Shown here one piece after another: positions 38,230 to 48,960 of a stretch of 49,084 bases of DNA. The notes beneath the pieces are model-generated. The model worked only from the letters and a program-made list of their open reading frames with translations. It had not been told where the DNA came from and made no database searches. Source of the DNA: Hyphomicrobium sp. (GTDB lineage: Bacteria; Pseudomonadota; Alphaproteobacteria; Rhizobiales; Hyphomicrobiaceae). Location of the stretch: NCBI GenBank assembly GCA_024230315.1, contig JAAERO010000054.1, forward strand, positions 1-49,084, written 5' to 3'. How positions within the stretch are numbered: the stretch's first letter is position 1; every line of letters starts with the position of its first letter. The position numbers and the translations under genes were made by a program.

Positions 38230-40572
38230 ATGTCGATGAGGCTGTGCCGCCTTTTGTTGCCGTTGGCGCTGGTCTCAACGGGGGTCGTGTGGGGCGACGC
38301 TCTAGTCTTTTCCCAAAAAGCCGCGGCTCAGGGTGCTGTGGTCCGCCAAATCCAAGTTGAGGGCAACCGGCGCGTTGAGCCGGAGACGGTTCGCTCCTAT
38401 CTGCGATTTGCCGTGGGCGATTCCTACGACCCCGGCAAAGTCAACCAGTCGATCAAGTCACTTTTCGCCACCGGCCTGTTCTCCGACGTGCAGATCGATC
38501 GCAGCGGCGGCATCGTCTACGTGACGGTTGTTGAGAACCCGGTCATCAGCCAAGTCGCCTTCGAGGGCAACAGCGAGATTGAGACCGATACGCTGGTCAG
38601 CGAGGTGCACCTCAAGCCACGTTCTGTCTTCACGCGGGCCCGAGTGCAGGCGGACGTGCAGAGAATTCTCGACGTCTACCGGCGGCAGGGGCGTTACGCG
38701 GCTACGGTCGACCCCAAGATCATCGAGCTGGAGCAAGACCGCGTGAATCTCGTGTTTGAGATCGCGGAAGGGAAGGCGACGAAGGTGAAGGGTATCAACT
38801 TCATCGGCAACAATGCGTTCGGCGACTCTCAGCTGCGGGACGTCATCAGTACCACAGAGAATGGCTGGTTCGACTTTTTGAAGGGCACCGCCATCTACGA
38901 CCCTGACCGCATGAATCTCGATCGAGAGCTGTTGCGCCAGTTTTACCTGAAAAACGGCTACGCCGACGCTCAAGTGACGGTGGCGAACGCGGAGCTCGAC
39001 CGCGACGGGTCTGGCTTCTTCATAACGTTCGCGGTCGAGGAAGGTGAGCGCTACTCGTTCGGCTCAGTCTCTGTCGATAGCACCGTGACTGCGATCAACC
39101 CAGAGGCTGTCCGCGGCGAGATCCAGACTGAGGAAGGCGAGGTTTATAACGCCCAACTCATCGACAAGTCGACTGAAGCGCTCACCATTGCAGCTTCCGA
39201 GCAGGGTTACGCGTTCGCGCGTGTGCGCCCCAGGGCTTACGCCGATCCGGTCTCACATACGATCGCGATGACCTACACGATCGAAGAGGGGCCTCGCGTT
39301 TATATCGAGCGCATCAATATCAATGGTAACACCCGCACGAAGGACTACGTCATTCGCCGGGAGTTTCGCTTGGCGGAAGGTGATGCCTACAATCCGCTGC
39401 TTGTCGACAAGGCCAAGAAGCGGCTTGAGAGGCTTGGTATATTCGAGAAAGTGAATGTCGCACGGCGGACCGGTGCTGCGCAGGACCGGGTGGTGCTCGA
39501 CGTGGTGCTCGTAGAAAAGTCGACCGGTGAATTGTCGTTTGGCGCGGGCTTCTCGACGGCCGAAGGCGTGATCGGCGATATCAGCATCACCGAGCGCAAT
39601 CTAATGGGAAACGGCCAGTTCCTGCGGTTGAAGCTGTCGGGTTCACTTGAGCGCATGCAGGTGGACTTAAGCTTCACCGAGCCGCGCTTCCTCGATATGA
39701 ACTTGGCGGCCGGTTTCGACCTCTTCCACAAGGAGATCGATCAGACGAGCGAGTCTGGTTTTCGCAGTCGCAGGACGGGTGCCGGCTTGCGGCTTGGGTT
39801 TCCGCTTACTGAAAACCTATGGATGCAGACGCGATACAACCTATCGCGCGACGAAATCTTCGATATTTCGGCTGATGCATCGGATGCAATCAAAGAGGCC
39901 GAAGGCCTCACGTGGACATCGCTTGTTGGCGCGTCAATCACCTACGATCTGCGTGACCATCCCAAGAACCCGACGAAGGGCATGTTCTTCCAGCTCAGCA
40001 ATGATTTCGCCGGCCTCGGCGGTGACGTTCAGTATGCCCGGGTGCAGGCAGAAGTGCGCGGTTACTACCCGATTACAGAAAACATCCTCTTCGTTAGCCG
40101 CGCGATTGGCGGTCATGTCGCGGGCTGGGGTGGTGAAGATGTGCGCCTCCTCGACCTCTTTTTTAAGGGTGGCGAGACGGTCCGCGGCTTTAAGCGCGCC
40201 GGTTTTGGTCCGCGCGACCTCTTAACGAACGACGCGCTCGGCGGCACAACGTATTGGGCCACGACAGCGGAGGTTCGCTTCCCAATCCCGCTCGTTCCTG
40301 ACGAACTTGGGATTCAGGGTGCCGTTTTTGCGGATGCGGGCTCGTTGTTTGGCGCTGGACAGGCATCAAAGGATCTCGGTGCCGCATGTGGGACTGGGGC
40401 CACAGAGAAAGTCTGCTTGGTCGACAGCTCGGCGATCCGCGCCTCGGTTGGCGCAAGTATACTGTGGGCCTCGCCGGTCGGTCCGATCCGCATGGACATT
40501 GCCAAGGTATTGTCCAAAGAATCCTACGACGAAGAACAGTTCTTCCGCTTTGGCGCTAAGACCAACTTCTGA
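38230..40572 (+). CDS. bamA: outer membrane protein assembly factor BamA
   Basis: Signal peptide, POTRA repeats (VEGNRRVEPETV, FEGN, INGNTRTKDYVIRRE), VRGF lid motif and C-terminal Phe. The start is uncertain (38128-38236). Confidence 0.96.
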   Translation: MSMRLCRLLLPLALVSTGVVWGDALVFSQKAAAQGAVVRQIQVEGNRRVEPETVRSYLRFAVGDSYDPGKVNQSIKSLFATGLFSDVQIDRSGGIVYVTVVENPVISQVAFEGNSEIETDTLVSEVHLKPRSVFTRARVQADVQRILDVYRRQGRYAATVDPKIIELEQDRVNLVFEIAEGKATKVKGINFIGNNAFGDSQLRDVISTTENGWFDFLKGTAIYDPDRMNLDRELLRQFYLKNGYADAQVTVANAELDRDGSGFFITFAVEEGERYSFGSVSVDSTVTAINPEAVRGEIQTEEGEVYNAQLIDKSTEALTIAASEQGYAFARVRPRAYADPVSHTIAMTYTIEEGPRVYIERININGNTRTKDYVIRREFRLAEGDAYNPLLVDKAKKRLERLGIFEKVNVARRTGAAQDRVVLDVVLVEKSTGELSFGAGFSTAEGVIGDISITERNLMGNGQFLRLKLSGSLERMQVDLSFTEPRFLDMNLAAGFDLFHKEIDQTSESGFRSRRTGAGLRLGFPLTENLWMQTRYNLSRDEIFDISADASDAIKEAEGLTWTSLVGASITYDLRDHPKNPTKGMFFQLSNDFAGLGGDVQYARVQAEVRGYYPITENILFVSRAIGGHVAGWGGEDVRLLDLFFKGGETVRGFKRAGFGPRDLLTNDALGGTTYWATTAEVRFPIPLVPDELGIQGAVFADAGSLFGAGQASKDLGAACGTGATEKVCLVDSSAIRASVGASILWASPVGPIRMDIAKVLSKESYDEEQFFRFGAKTNF

Positions 40573-40680
40573 TGCGTTGCAAGGTGCTTTAAGAGAAGGC
40601 TCTGTCCCAGCGTGGCGGAGTTTCCACTCCGCGACTTTCGCAAACCGAATGGAGCGTCGTCAAAACGGCGGTTGCATCGC

Positions 40681-41709
40681 ATGGAGCACCTCGGGTTCTT
40701 CGAGCGGGCCGGACCGTTCTCGTTGGCCGACGTTGCTAAGGCAACCGGCGCCGAACTGGGGCCGGTTGCCGATCCGGTGACGTCTATCAAGGATGTCCGT
40801 CCGCTCGCGGACGCGACGGCCCGTGACTTATCGTTCCTGGATAATCGCAAATACCTCAGCCAGCTTGTCGAGACGCGCGCTGCGGCGTGTCTCGTACTTC
40901 CGGCCCTTGCCGACCGTGTTCCGGGCGGTACTGCGGCGCTGCTGACGTCGGAGCCTTATCGCAGTTTTGCGCTGGCTCTCAATCTCTTCTATCCCGACGC
41001 ATTAAGACACAAGGCGGCAAGCGCCGGTGCGACCGTCTCCATCGATGCCACGGCCCAGCTGGAGGTCGGCGTCGTCATCGAGCCAGGGGCAGTGATCGGG
41101 CCGCAGGCATATATCGGTGAAGGTACGCGCGTGGCGGCCGGTGCCGTGGTTGGCTATCGGGTGGCTATCGGGCGCGACTGTTATATTGGCCCGCAATCAA
41201 CGGTGACCCACGCTCTTGTCGGCGACCGGGTGACCCTCCACGCTGGTGTGCGGATTGGCCAAGACGGCTTCGGCTACGCCATGGGCCGCCACGGCCACCT
41301 CAAGGTGGCACAGATTGGGCGGGTCGTAATCCAGGATGACGTGGAAATTGGTGCCAATTCAACGATCGACCGAGGGGCACTTAAGGATACTGTCATCGGT
41401 GAAGGGTCCAAAATTGATAATCTGGTACAGATCGGACACAACGTCATTATGGGGCGCCATTGTGTGATTGTTGCCCAGACGGGTATCTCTGGCTCCACTG
41501 AGCTTGGCGATTTCGTTGTTATGGGAGGACAGTCCGGTACGGCCGGCCACATTAAGCTGGGCAACGGAGTCCAAATAGCGGGCACGGCACATCCGATAAA
41601 GGACGTGCCCGCTGGAGGTCGCATCGGCGGGACGCCCGGGCGCCCGCTAAAGCAATGGGCCCGCGAGGTCGCTGTCTTGACCCGGATGGCAGGGAAACAT
41701 GATAAGTAG
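40681..41709 (+). CDS. lpxD: UDP-3-O-(3-hydroxyacyl)glucosamine N-acyltransferase
   Basis: Hexapeptide repeats; IGQDGFGY, EIGANSTIDRG and KIDNLVQIGHN motifs. Confidence 0.97.
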   Translation: MEHLGFFERAGPFSLADVAKATGAELGPVADPVTSIKDVRPLADATARDLSFLDNRKYLSQLVETRAAACLVLPALADRVPGGTAALLTSEPYRSFALALNLFYPDALRHKAASAGATVSIDATAQLEVGVVIEPGAVIGPQAYIGEGTRVAAGAVVGYRVAIGRDCYIGPQSTVTHALVGDRVTLHAGVRIGQDGFGYAMGRHGHLKVAQIGRVVIQDDVEIGANSTIDRGALKDTVIGEGSKIDNLVQIGHNVIMGRHCVIVAQTGISGSTELGDFVVMGGQSGTAGHIKLGNGVQIAGTAHPIKDVPAGGRIGGTPGRPLKQWAREVAVLTRMAGKHDK

Positions 41710-41783
41710 CCCGGTCATGGCGGCGCGGCCGAGTGTGCAGGCTGCTGGCATTTGGGAAGGCGTAGCTCGATGATGCACGGAGC

Positions 41784-42296
41784 GTGACGAAAATGGACGA
41801 GGCGACCGTAAAAACCGCGCTGGGAACAGCGGATAGCGCACGCGTTATGGAGCTCTTGCCGCATCGTTATCCCTTCCTCATGCTCGATCGTATGTATGAC
41901 ATGGACGGCGACAAGAGCTGCGTCGGTGTCAAGAACGTTACAATCAACGAGCCGTTCTTCGAGGGGCACTTTCCGCAGTTTCCGGTGATGCCTGGCGTGC
42001 TGATCATCGAAGGCTTGGCGCAAACTGCGGGTGCGTTGTGCGTGTACAACCAGGATGAGAATTACAAGGCGGAACTCGTCTATTTCATGGGGATCGACCG
42101 CGCAAAATTCAGGAAGCCCGTTCTGCCGGGCGACCAACTGCACTATCACGTGCGTAAGATCCGCAGCCGTGGCCGCGTTTGGCGTTTTGCAGGTGAGGCT
42201 AAGGTCGACGGTCAAATCGTCGCCGAGGCCGAGATCAGCGCAATGCTGGCCGATACGGCGGACGCCCGAGCGTTTGCGGCGGGTAAGAATGGGTGA
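41784..42296 (+). CDS. fabZ: 3-hydroxyacyl-ACP dehydratase
   Basis: [28 protein letters not shown] and FRKPV.PGD motifs. The start may be ATG 41793. Confidence 0.97.
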   Translation: MTKMDEATVKTALGTADSARVMELLPHRYPFLMLDRMYDMDGDKSCVGVKNVTINEPFFEGHFPQFPVMPGVLIIEGLAQTAGALCVYNQDENYKAELVYFMGIDRAKFRKPVLPGDQLHYHVRKIRSRGRVWRFAGEAKVDGQIVAEAEISAMLADTADARAFAAGKNG

Positions 42297-43095
42297 GATG
42301 ACAACTCATCCCACCGCGGTAATCGAAGCCGGCGCCAAGCTGGGCGCGGACGTCAAGGTTGGTCCCTATTGCGTCGTCGGCTCTGACGTGACATTGGACG
42401 ATGGCGTGGAGCTCATAAGCCACGCCGTGGTTGCTGGACACACCACCATCGGTGCGGGAACACGCATTTTTCCGTTCGCTTCCATCGGGCACCAGCCCCA
42501 AGACCTAAAATACAAAGGTGAGCCTTCAACGTTGAAGATCGGCGAAGCCTGCATCGTTCGCGAGGGAGTCACCATCAACCCGGGCACGAAGGGCGGGGGC
42601 ATGGAGACGGTCGTCGGCGATCGCTGCGCTTTCCTGGCCAACTCGCACGTTGGCCACGATTGCCAGGTCGGCGACAGTGTCGTCTTCTCCAACAACGTGA
42701 TGCTGGCCGGCCATTGTGTGGTCGGCAACTTTGCGATTTTGGGTGGCGGTGCGGCCGCCATCCAGTATGCGCGCATTGGCGCGCACGCCTTCCTTGGCGG
42801 GATGTCGGGCCTTGAGAACGATCTCATTCCTTATGGGATGGCAATGGGAAACCGGGCGTATTTGTCGGGGCTTAATATCGTCGGTCTGCAGCGCCGCGGA
42901 TTTTCGCGCAGCGACATCCACGATCTACGCCGCGCCTACCGGCTTTTGTTTGCCCATGAGGGTACGTTGACGGAGCGTATGGACGACGTGGCGGAAGAGT
43001 TTGCCACGCATCCGATCGTCCAAGAAATTCTCGAATTCATTCGCGTCGGCGGGAAGCGCAGCCTGTGCACGCCGCGGGAATCGAGCGGGTCCTGA
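42289..43095 (+). CDS. lpxA: acyl-ACP--UDP-N-acetylglucosamine O-acyltransferase
   Basis: HPTAVIE, PQDLKY.GE, SHVGHDC, LAGH and [12 protein letters not shown] motifs. ATG 42289 (or 42298) is at the fabZ end. Confidence 0.97.
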   Translation: MGEMTTHPTAVIEAGAKLGADVKVGPYCVVGSDVTLDDGVELISHAVVAGHTTIGAGTRIFPFASIGHQPQDLKYKGEPSTLKIGEACIVREGVTINPGTKGGGMETVVGDRCAFLANSHVGHDCQVGDSVVFSNNVMLAGHCVVGNFAILGGGAAAIQYARIGAHAFLGGMSGLENDLIPYGMAMGNRAYLSGLNIVGLQRRGFSRSDIHDLRRAYRLLFAHEGTLTERMDDVAEEFATHPIVQEILEFIRVGGKRSLCTPRESSGS

Positions 43096-43107
43096 GGGAG
43101 AAGGGCG

Positions 43108-44382
43108 ATGTCGCTCGCCCATCGGGCCATTGGGATCCTGGCCGGAGGTGGAAGCCTGCCCCGTGAGATCGCCGAGTATGTTGCAGCGCGCGGTGAGCGC
43201 GTGCACATCGTCGCAATTGCAGGCGAAGTCGACCGCGATCTTTCGTCATTCCCCGTAACAACCGTCGGTTGGGGTCAGATTGGCGGCATGGTGCGCGCAT
43301 TCAAGGATGCGGACTGTAGCGACCTCGTTATTGTCGGGTCCGTGCGCCGCCCGGACCTTGCAGCGTTGCGGCCCGATCTAGGGTTCATACGCAGCCTCCC
43401 AGCGATCCTGCGCATCATTGCAGCGGGCGGTGACGACAGCGTGTTGACGAGGGTTGTGCGCTTTTTCGAGCAAAAAGGCTTTGCGGTCGTGGCGCCCGCA
43501 ACTGTCGCGCCGGAGCTGCTCGTGGGTAAGGGCCCCCTCGGCTGCATTGCAGCCGACGTTGCACAACAGAAAGACGTCGCGCTTGGCTTTTCCATTGTGC
43601 GCGCGCTGGGCCCCTACGATGTTGGTCAGGCGGTGATCGTTTCGGGCGGCCGCGTTGTTGCGATCGAGGGGGCTGAGGGGACGGACGCGATGATGGCGCG
43701 CACAGCGTATCAGCACCGGCAGGGCAGGGGCGTCCTTGTCAAGCGGCCCAAGCCAGGCCAAGAGATGCGCATCGACCTTCCGGCGATAGGGCCTGCCACG
43801 ATTGTTTGCGCCGCGGAGGCAGGGTTTGCAGGCATTGCGGTTCTGGCAGGAGGTACACTCGCTGCCGAGCGCGCCAAGCTCGTCCGCCGCGCCGATGAGG
43901 CTGGGCTGTTCGTTCAAGGATTTGAGGATGCGCCCGCCGGCAAGCAAGAGGATTGCCGCCCATCGCACAGTTGGGAGCCCGTAACAATTGACCGCCTTGC
44001 TCCACGGCGCCGTCAACGCGCCGATATCCGCAAAGGTGCAGCTGTTCTATCGGCGTTGGCGCCATTGGCGCCAATTCAAGGCGCGGTCGTTGCCGGCCGC
44101 TATGTGCTCGCTGTTGAGGCTGGCGAAGGGGTTGGCAGCCTTCTGGAACGCGCAAGGGGCTTACATCAATGGGGGCGGCGGTATTCGGCGCGGCGCGCGG
44201 GCGTTGCCGTATTGGCGCAAGAGGTTGATCTCGAACCGGCTGTCGCCAACGCGGCGGCCGCGGGTCTTGCCGGACTTGCACTCGTCGGCGAACCTTGTCC
44301 CGCGGTAGAGAAGGCCGCTAAGGAAGCCAACCGGCTGGGTATGTTCATGGTTGTGCTGAGAGCATTGGCGGGGCGCGCATGA
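43108..44382 (+). CDS. lpxI: UDP-2,3-diacylglucosamine diphosphatase LpxI with duplicated C-terminal domain
   Basis: GILAGGGSLP, GGDDSVL, DVGQAV, AIEGAEGTD and K.PKPGQE.R.DLP.IG motifs; lies between lpxA and lpxB; ~150 extra aa. Confidence 0.93.
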   Translation: MSLAHRAIGILAGGGSLPREIAEYVAARGERVHIVAIAGEVDRDLSSFPVTTVGWGQIGGMVRAFKDADCSDLVIVGSVRRPDLAALRPDLGFIRSLPAILRIIAAGGDDSVLTRVVRFFEQKGFAVVAPATVAPELLVGKGPLGCIAADVAQQKDVALGFSIVRALGPYDVGQAVIVSGGRVVAIEGAEGTDAMMARTAYQHRQGRGVLVKRPKPGQEMRIDLPAIGPATIVCAAEAGFAGIAVLAGGTLAAERAKLVRRADEAGLFVQGFEDAPAGKQEDCRPSHSWEPVTIDRLAPRRRQRADIRKGAAVLSALAPLAPIQGAVVAGRYVLAVEAGEGVGSLLERARGLHQWGRRYSARRAGVAVLAQEVDLEPAVANAAAAGLAGLALVGEPCPAVEKAAKEANRLGMFMVVLRALAGRA

Positions 44383-45644
44383 GGGCAAGGAGTAAGAGTG
44401 CCGGTTATGGCTTCGCAGCGGGCGAACGTCATTCGACGGCTGGGGCAGCCGTCGCTGGCACGCACGATTTACGCTTGTTTATTGTGGCGGGCGAGCACTC
44501 CGGCGATGCGTTGGGGGCCAAACTAATGGCTGCGATCAATGCCCATTCCAAAGGTCGGGTGCACTATCTCGGCGTCGGCGGCGAGCTGATGGAGCAAGAG
44601 GGTCTCGCCTCGCAGTTTCCGTTATCTGACGTTGCAGTTATGGGACCAATATCGATTTTGCAGCAGCTGCCGCGCATCGTGAGCCGCGTCTATCGTACGG
44701 TTGATGCGGTTGTCGCCGCCGAGCCCGACGCTGTCGTCATTATCGATGCGCCGGAGTTTACGCACCCCATCGCCAAGCGCATCCGCAAACGTGCGCCAAA
44801 CGTGCCAATCATCGACTACGTCTCACCGAGCGTGTGGGCATGGCGGCCCGGGCGCGCGCGCAAAATGCGCCGCTACCTCGATCACGTGATGGCGCTTTTT
44901 CCCTTCGAGCCAGAAGCGCACGACCGTTTGGGCGGTCCGGCCTGCACGTATGTCGGCCACCCTTTGATCGAACGGCTTAATTGGCTGCGGGAATTGGACC
45001 CTATGCCACTGGCCGAAAGACTGAACCTAGATCCAGAACGGCCGATTGTCGTGATCCTGCCGGGCAGCCGCTCCTCAGAAGTGGCCCGTCTCATGGCGCC
45101 CTTTGGGTTGGCGGTCGAGCGCCTTGGCGAAGGTGTCTGTACTCCGCAGGTCATTATTCCAGTGCTCCCACACATGCGTGCCCTCATTGCCTCGCGACTG
45201 AAGTCTTGGAGCGTGAAGCCTGCCCTTGTCGAGGGTGAAGAGGATAAGTTTCGGGCATTCAAACTGGCACATGCAGCACTCACCGCCTCGGGCACAGTGA
45301 CGCTGGAGCTGGCGCTTGCCGGCACGCCAATGGTCGTCGGCTACCGTGTCGATTCAATCGCAGCACCTTTTCTGCGCTCTCTTCTTAAAGTTCCCACGGT
45401 GGTGCTCGCCAATCTGGTTTTGGGTGAAAACGTCTTCCCTGAACTGCTCCAAGAAGAGTGCGAGCCAGAGTTGCTTGCTGCCCAGATGGAGCTCTTGCTC
45501 AAGAACACCCCCGAACGTGCACGGCAGCTTGCGGCGCTTGAGAAAATTCCTCAGCGGCTGGCGTTAGAGCACGGCGCGCCGAGCGATGCCGCAGCCGAAG
45601 TTGTTCTGCGCTATGCCAAACACGGGCGCTACCGGGCTCAATAA
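44379..45644 (+). CDS. lpxB: lipid-A-disaccharide synthase
   Basis: AGEHSGD.LG, YVSPSVWAWR, VGHPL, LPGSR and SGTVTLELA motifs; ATGA overlap with lpxI. Confidence 0.97.
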   Translation: MRARSKSAGYGFAAGERHSTAGAAVAGTHDLRLFIVAGEHSGDALGAKLMAAINAHSKGRVHYLGVGGELMEQEGLASQFPLSDVAVMGPISILQQLPRIVSRVYRTVDAVVAAEPDAVVIIDAPEFTHPIAKRIRKRAPNVPIIDYVSPSVWAWRPGRARKMRRYLDHVMALFPFEPEAHDRLGGPACTYVGHPLIERLNWLRELDPMPLAERLNLDPERPIVVILPGSRSSEVARLMAPFGLAVERLGEGVCTPQVIIPVLPHMRALIASRLKSWSVKPALVEGEEDKFRAFKLAHAALTASGTVTLELALAGTPMVVGYRVDSIAAPFLRSLLKVPTVVLANLVLGENVFPELLQEECEPELLAAQMELLLKNTPERARQLAALEKIPQRLALEHGAPSDAAAEVVLRYAKHGRYRAQ

Positions 45645-45669
45645 TGCCGGTAATGGTGCGGCGCAGGAG

Positions 45670-46995
45670 CTATACGCGTTCATCCATTGGGACGAACTGG
45701 CGTTCGGTTGCGCCCATATAGAGCTGCCGAGGCCGGCCAATGCGCTGTTCGGGGTCCTCGATCATCTCTTTCCACTGGGCAATCCAACCTACCGTGCGCG
45801 CGACCGCAAACAGCACAGTGAACATCGAAACGGGGAAGCCCATGGCGCGCAGCGTGATGCCTGAATAGAAGTCGATGTTGGGGTAGAGCTTCTTCTCGAT
45901 GAAGTACTCATCCTGTAATGCGATGCGCTCCAGCTCCATGGCGACCTCGAGCAACGGCTCGTTGCGCGTACCGATGGTGTCGAGCACCTCATGACAAGTC
46001 TGCTGCATTACCTTGGCGCGCGGATCGTAGTTTTTGTAGACGCGGTGACCGAAGCCCATCAGCCGGAAACCGGAGTTCTTATCCTTGGCTTTGGCGATGA
46101 ATTCGGGGATGCGGTCGACACTGCCGATCTCGGCCAGCATGTTGAGCGCGGCCTCGTTCGCACCGCCATGCGCTGGTCCCCACAGGCAAGCAATTCCTGC
46201 CGCGACACAGGCAAACGGATTGGCGCCCGATGAGCCGGCAAGGCGTACCGTCGATGTGGAGGCATTTTGCTCGTGGTCGGCGTGCAGGATGAAGATGCGA
46301 TCAAGAGCCTTTGTCATAACCGGGTTGCCCAGATAGGGCTCGCAGGGTATCGCGAAGCACATCTGCAGAAAGTTTGCCGTGTAGTCAAAGTCGTTGCGCG
46401 GGTAGATGAAAGGCTGACCCAACGAGTACTTGTAGGTCATCGCCGCAATCGTCGGCATTTTGGCAATCATGCGATGGCTTGCGACGGCACGCTGCTCAGG
46501 GTCACTGATGTCGGTTGAGTCGTGGTAGAATGCCGACAGCGCACCGACTACGCCGACCATTATCGCCATTGGATGTGCGTCACGCCGAAACCCGGTAAAA
46601 AATCGAGTCATCTGCTCGTGCAGCATCGTATGGCGCGTGATTGTGTGGCGGAACGTATTGGCGGCATCCTTCGTCGGCAAATCGCCATAGAGCAGCAAGT
46701 GACAGACTTCGAGGAAGTTGGAATGATCCGCCAGCTGATCGATGGGGTAGCCACGGTAGAGGAGGGTGCCGTGATCGCCATCGATGTAAGTGATGCGCGA
46801 GACGCAGTTCGCCGTTGACGTGAACCCAGGATCGTAGGTGAAGCAGCCGGTATCGCGATAAAGGCGCGAGACATCGACCACGTTTGGGCCGAGCGTGCCT
46901 GCGCGCACTGGCAACTGCGTCTTGGTGTCGTTGAGAACGAGATCCGCGTTGGTCTCCGGGCCGGGCGCGTCGTCGGGCCGGTCATGGACATTCAT
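45670..46995 (-). CDS. gltA: citrate synthase (type II)
   Basis: [33 protein letters not shown] and YPNIDFYSG motifs; AGGGAG RBS before ATG 46995. Confidence 0.98.
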   Translation of the reverse strand: MNVHDRPDDAPGPETNADLVLNDTKTQLPVRAGTLGPNVVDVSRLYRDTGCFTYDPGFTSTANCVSRITYIDGDHGTLLYRGYPIDQLADHSNFLEVCHLLLYGDLPTKDAANTFRHTITRHTMLHEQMTRFFTGFRRDAHPMAIMVGVVGALSAFYHDSTDISDPEQRAVASHRMIAKMPTIAAMTYKYSLGQPFIYPRNDFDYTANFLQMCFAIPCEPYLGNPVMTKALDRIFILHADHEQNASTSTVRLAGSSGANPFACVAAGIACLWGPAHGGANEAALNMLAEIGSVDRIPEFIAKAKDKNSGFRLMGFGHRVYKNYDPRAKVMQQTCHEVLDTIGTRNEPLLEVAMELERIALQDEYFIEKKLYPNIDFYSGITLRAMGFPVSMFTVLFAVARTVGWIAQWKEMIEDPEQRIGRPRQLYMGATERQFVPMDERV

Positions 46996-47248
46996 GGCGC
47001 GTCTCCCTGCGAAACCTGATTTGAATAAGGGACCTTCATGCACTCCGGAGCGGCCCCTGAGAACTCCGGTACACTAGTTCCTTTGTGTGAGCGCTTTCCA
47101 GTTCTGGCGCTGGAAATGGGGCCGGCAAGCAACCTTGAGGATCCCGCCCCATTCTACACGATTTTTCCGCAGCGCAACATACCAGCCAGAACCCACTTAG
47201 AACTGCGGGCGGACGGGACGGCATGAGGCCAAGTTCGACCGACTAACG

Positions 47249-48691
47249 TTAATTGGCCTGGTCGCGGATTCGCGCCAGCGCTTCTTCACGCCCGAGCACG
47301 GCCATCACGTCGAAAACCGGCGGCGAGACGGAGCGCCCCGTCAGTGCGGCCCGCAGTGGTTGGGCCACCTTGCCAAGCTTGGCGCCCTCTATTTCCGCGA
47401 AAGCGCGCACCGTTTCCTCCAGGCGCGGAGCCTCCCAGCTGGTGATTGCCTCAAGTTTGGGCAACAGCGCCGACAGTCTCTTGCGCGCGTCGGCGCCATC
47501 CAGCAGCTTGGCGGCCTTGTCGTCCAACGCGATGGGGCGCTCTGCAAAGAGATAACGGGCGCCCTCCAGTAGCTCCTTGAGAGTCTTCGCCCGCTCTCTC
47601 AGGCTCGGGATCGCCGCCATGAGCTTGGCGCGCGTATTTGCATCGAGCCGTTCCAAAATTTCGGCGCCGTTCTCCACGTAGGGCAGGATATCTTCCAGAC
47701 GCTGCATAAGCTCCAGGTCGTCAGCGGACTTGATGTAGTGACCGTTGAGGTCCTCCAGCTTGGCGAAATCGAAACGTCCCGGCGACCTGCCAATGGCATC
47801 GAAATCAAACCAGTCGATCATTTGTCCGGTCGAAATAATCTCATCGTTGCCGTGGCTCCACCCCAGCCTGACGAGGTGATTGCGCAGCGCGGAGGGTAGG
47901 AATCCCATCTCCCGGTAGGCTTCGATCCCAAGCGCGCCATGTCGTTTTGATAACTTTGCGCCGTCGGGACCGTGGATGAGCGGTACGTGCGCGAACACCG
48001 GCACATCCCAATCCATGGCCTTGTAGACCTGAAGCTGGCGTGCCGCGTTTGTCAGGTGGTCGACGCCGCGTATGACGTGGGTGACGCCCATGTCATGGTC
48101 GTCGACGACCACGGCAAGATTGTAGGTGGGGTTTCCATCGCTCCTCACGATGATGAAATCGTCGAGATCCTTATTGGGGAACACGACGCGGCCCTGCACC
48201 TTATCATCGATGATGGTCTCGCCCTCGCCCGGGGTCTTCAGGCGGATTACGTATGGCGCATCAGCGGGTGCTTCTTTCGGATCGCGGTCGCGCCAGGGGC
48301 TGCGGATGGCGAGCGGGCGCTTTTCTGCCTCCGCCGTCTTGCGCATTTGGTCGAGTTCGGCAGGCGTGAGGTAGCAGCGATAGGCGTGTCCGTCCTTAAG
48401 CAGCTCGTCGGCGACCGCGCAGTGGCGATGAACCTGCGCGAACTGCGAGACCGGCTCGCCGTGCCAATCAAGCTCCAGCCATTTGAGACCATCGATGATG
48501 GCAGCAACGGCTTCCGTACTGTTGCGCTCGTGGTCCGTATCCTCGATGCGCAAAAGAAGGGTGCCGCCGCGCCCTTTGGCATAAAGCCAATTGAACAGTG
48601 CCGTGCGTGCGCCGCCAATGTGCAAAAAGCCGGTTGGCGAAGGTGCGAACCGCACGACCGGCGCGCTGGCGCTGCGTGTCTTGTCAGACAT
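47249..48691 (-). CDS. gltX: glutamate--tRNA ligase
   Basis: [26 protein letters not shown] and KLSKRHG motifs. Confidence 0.98.
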   Translation of the reverse strand: MSDKTRSASAPVVRFAPSPTGFLHIGGARTALFNWLYAKGRGGTLLLRIEDTDHERNSTEAVAAIIDGLKWLELDWHGEPVSQFAQVHRHCAVADELLKDGHAYRCYLTPAELDQMRKTAEAEKRPLAIRSPWRDRDPKEAPADAPYVIRLKTPGEGETIIDDKVQGRVVFPNKDLDDFIIVRSDGNPTYNLAVVVDDHDMGVTHVIRGVDHLTNAARQLQVYKAMDWDVPVFAHVPLIHGPDGAKLSKRHGALGIEAYREMGFLPSALRNHLVRLGWSHGNDEIISTGQMIDWFDFDAIGRSPGRFDFAKLEDLNGHYIKSADDLELMQRLEDILPYVENGAEILERLDANTRAKLMAAIPSLRERAKTLKELLEGARYLFAERPIALDDKAAKLLDGADARKRLSALLPKLEAITSWEAPRLEETVRAFAEIEGAKLGKVAQPLRAALTGRSVSPPVFDVMAVLGREEALARIRDQAN

Positions 48692-48775
48692 CTGATTATC
48701 GATTGCCGTTGGAATGCGGGAGATGTGCCAGCCGTGTAGCATAAGGTTGCCGGATCGGTAAGGGGCTCCGCGTGA

Positions 48776-48960
48776 ATGGGGGAAACGGCGATGAGCCTGC
48801 TCGAAAACGAGGCGCATCAGGACGAACGCGCGCTCGCGCCACTGTTGCGCCGATTGGAGGCGGAGCGGGAGCGTTGGTTTTTTGGGTTCCGGTGCTTTTA
48901 GGCGTGGGCTCGGGCTTTATTTCTGGCTGTCACATGAGCCCTCCATACCTCTCCGCTTTA
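48776..48960 (+). pseudogene. comEC: frameshifted 5' fragment of a ComEC/Rec2 competence protein gene
   Basis: Joining three frames gives [28 protein letters not shown], which resembles the alphaproteobacterial ComEC N-terminus; it is divergent from gltX as expected. Two apparent 1-nt deletions, at about 48880 and 48910. Confidence 0.65.

Noticed and set aside
40573-40680. Absence of skp/ompH between bamA and lpxD
   Set aside because: Direct bamA-lpxD adjacency is common in Rhizobiales, and no remnant is visible.
4034-46995. Functional cluster of the FlK-like thioesterase with citrate synthase (fluorocitrate pathway)
   Set aside because: They are about 41 kb apart and gltA is in its ancestral position beside gltX and lpxB, so co-occurrence is not evidence of a system.
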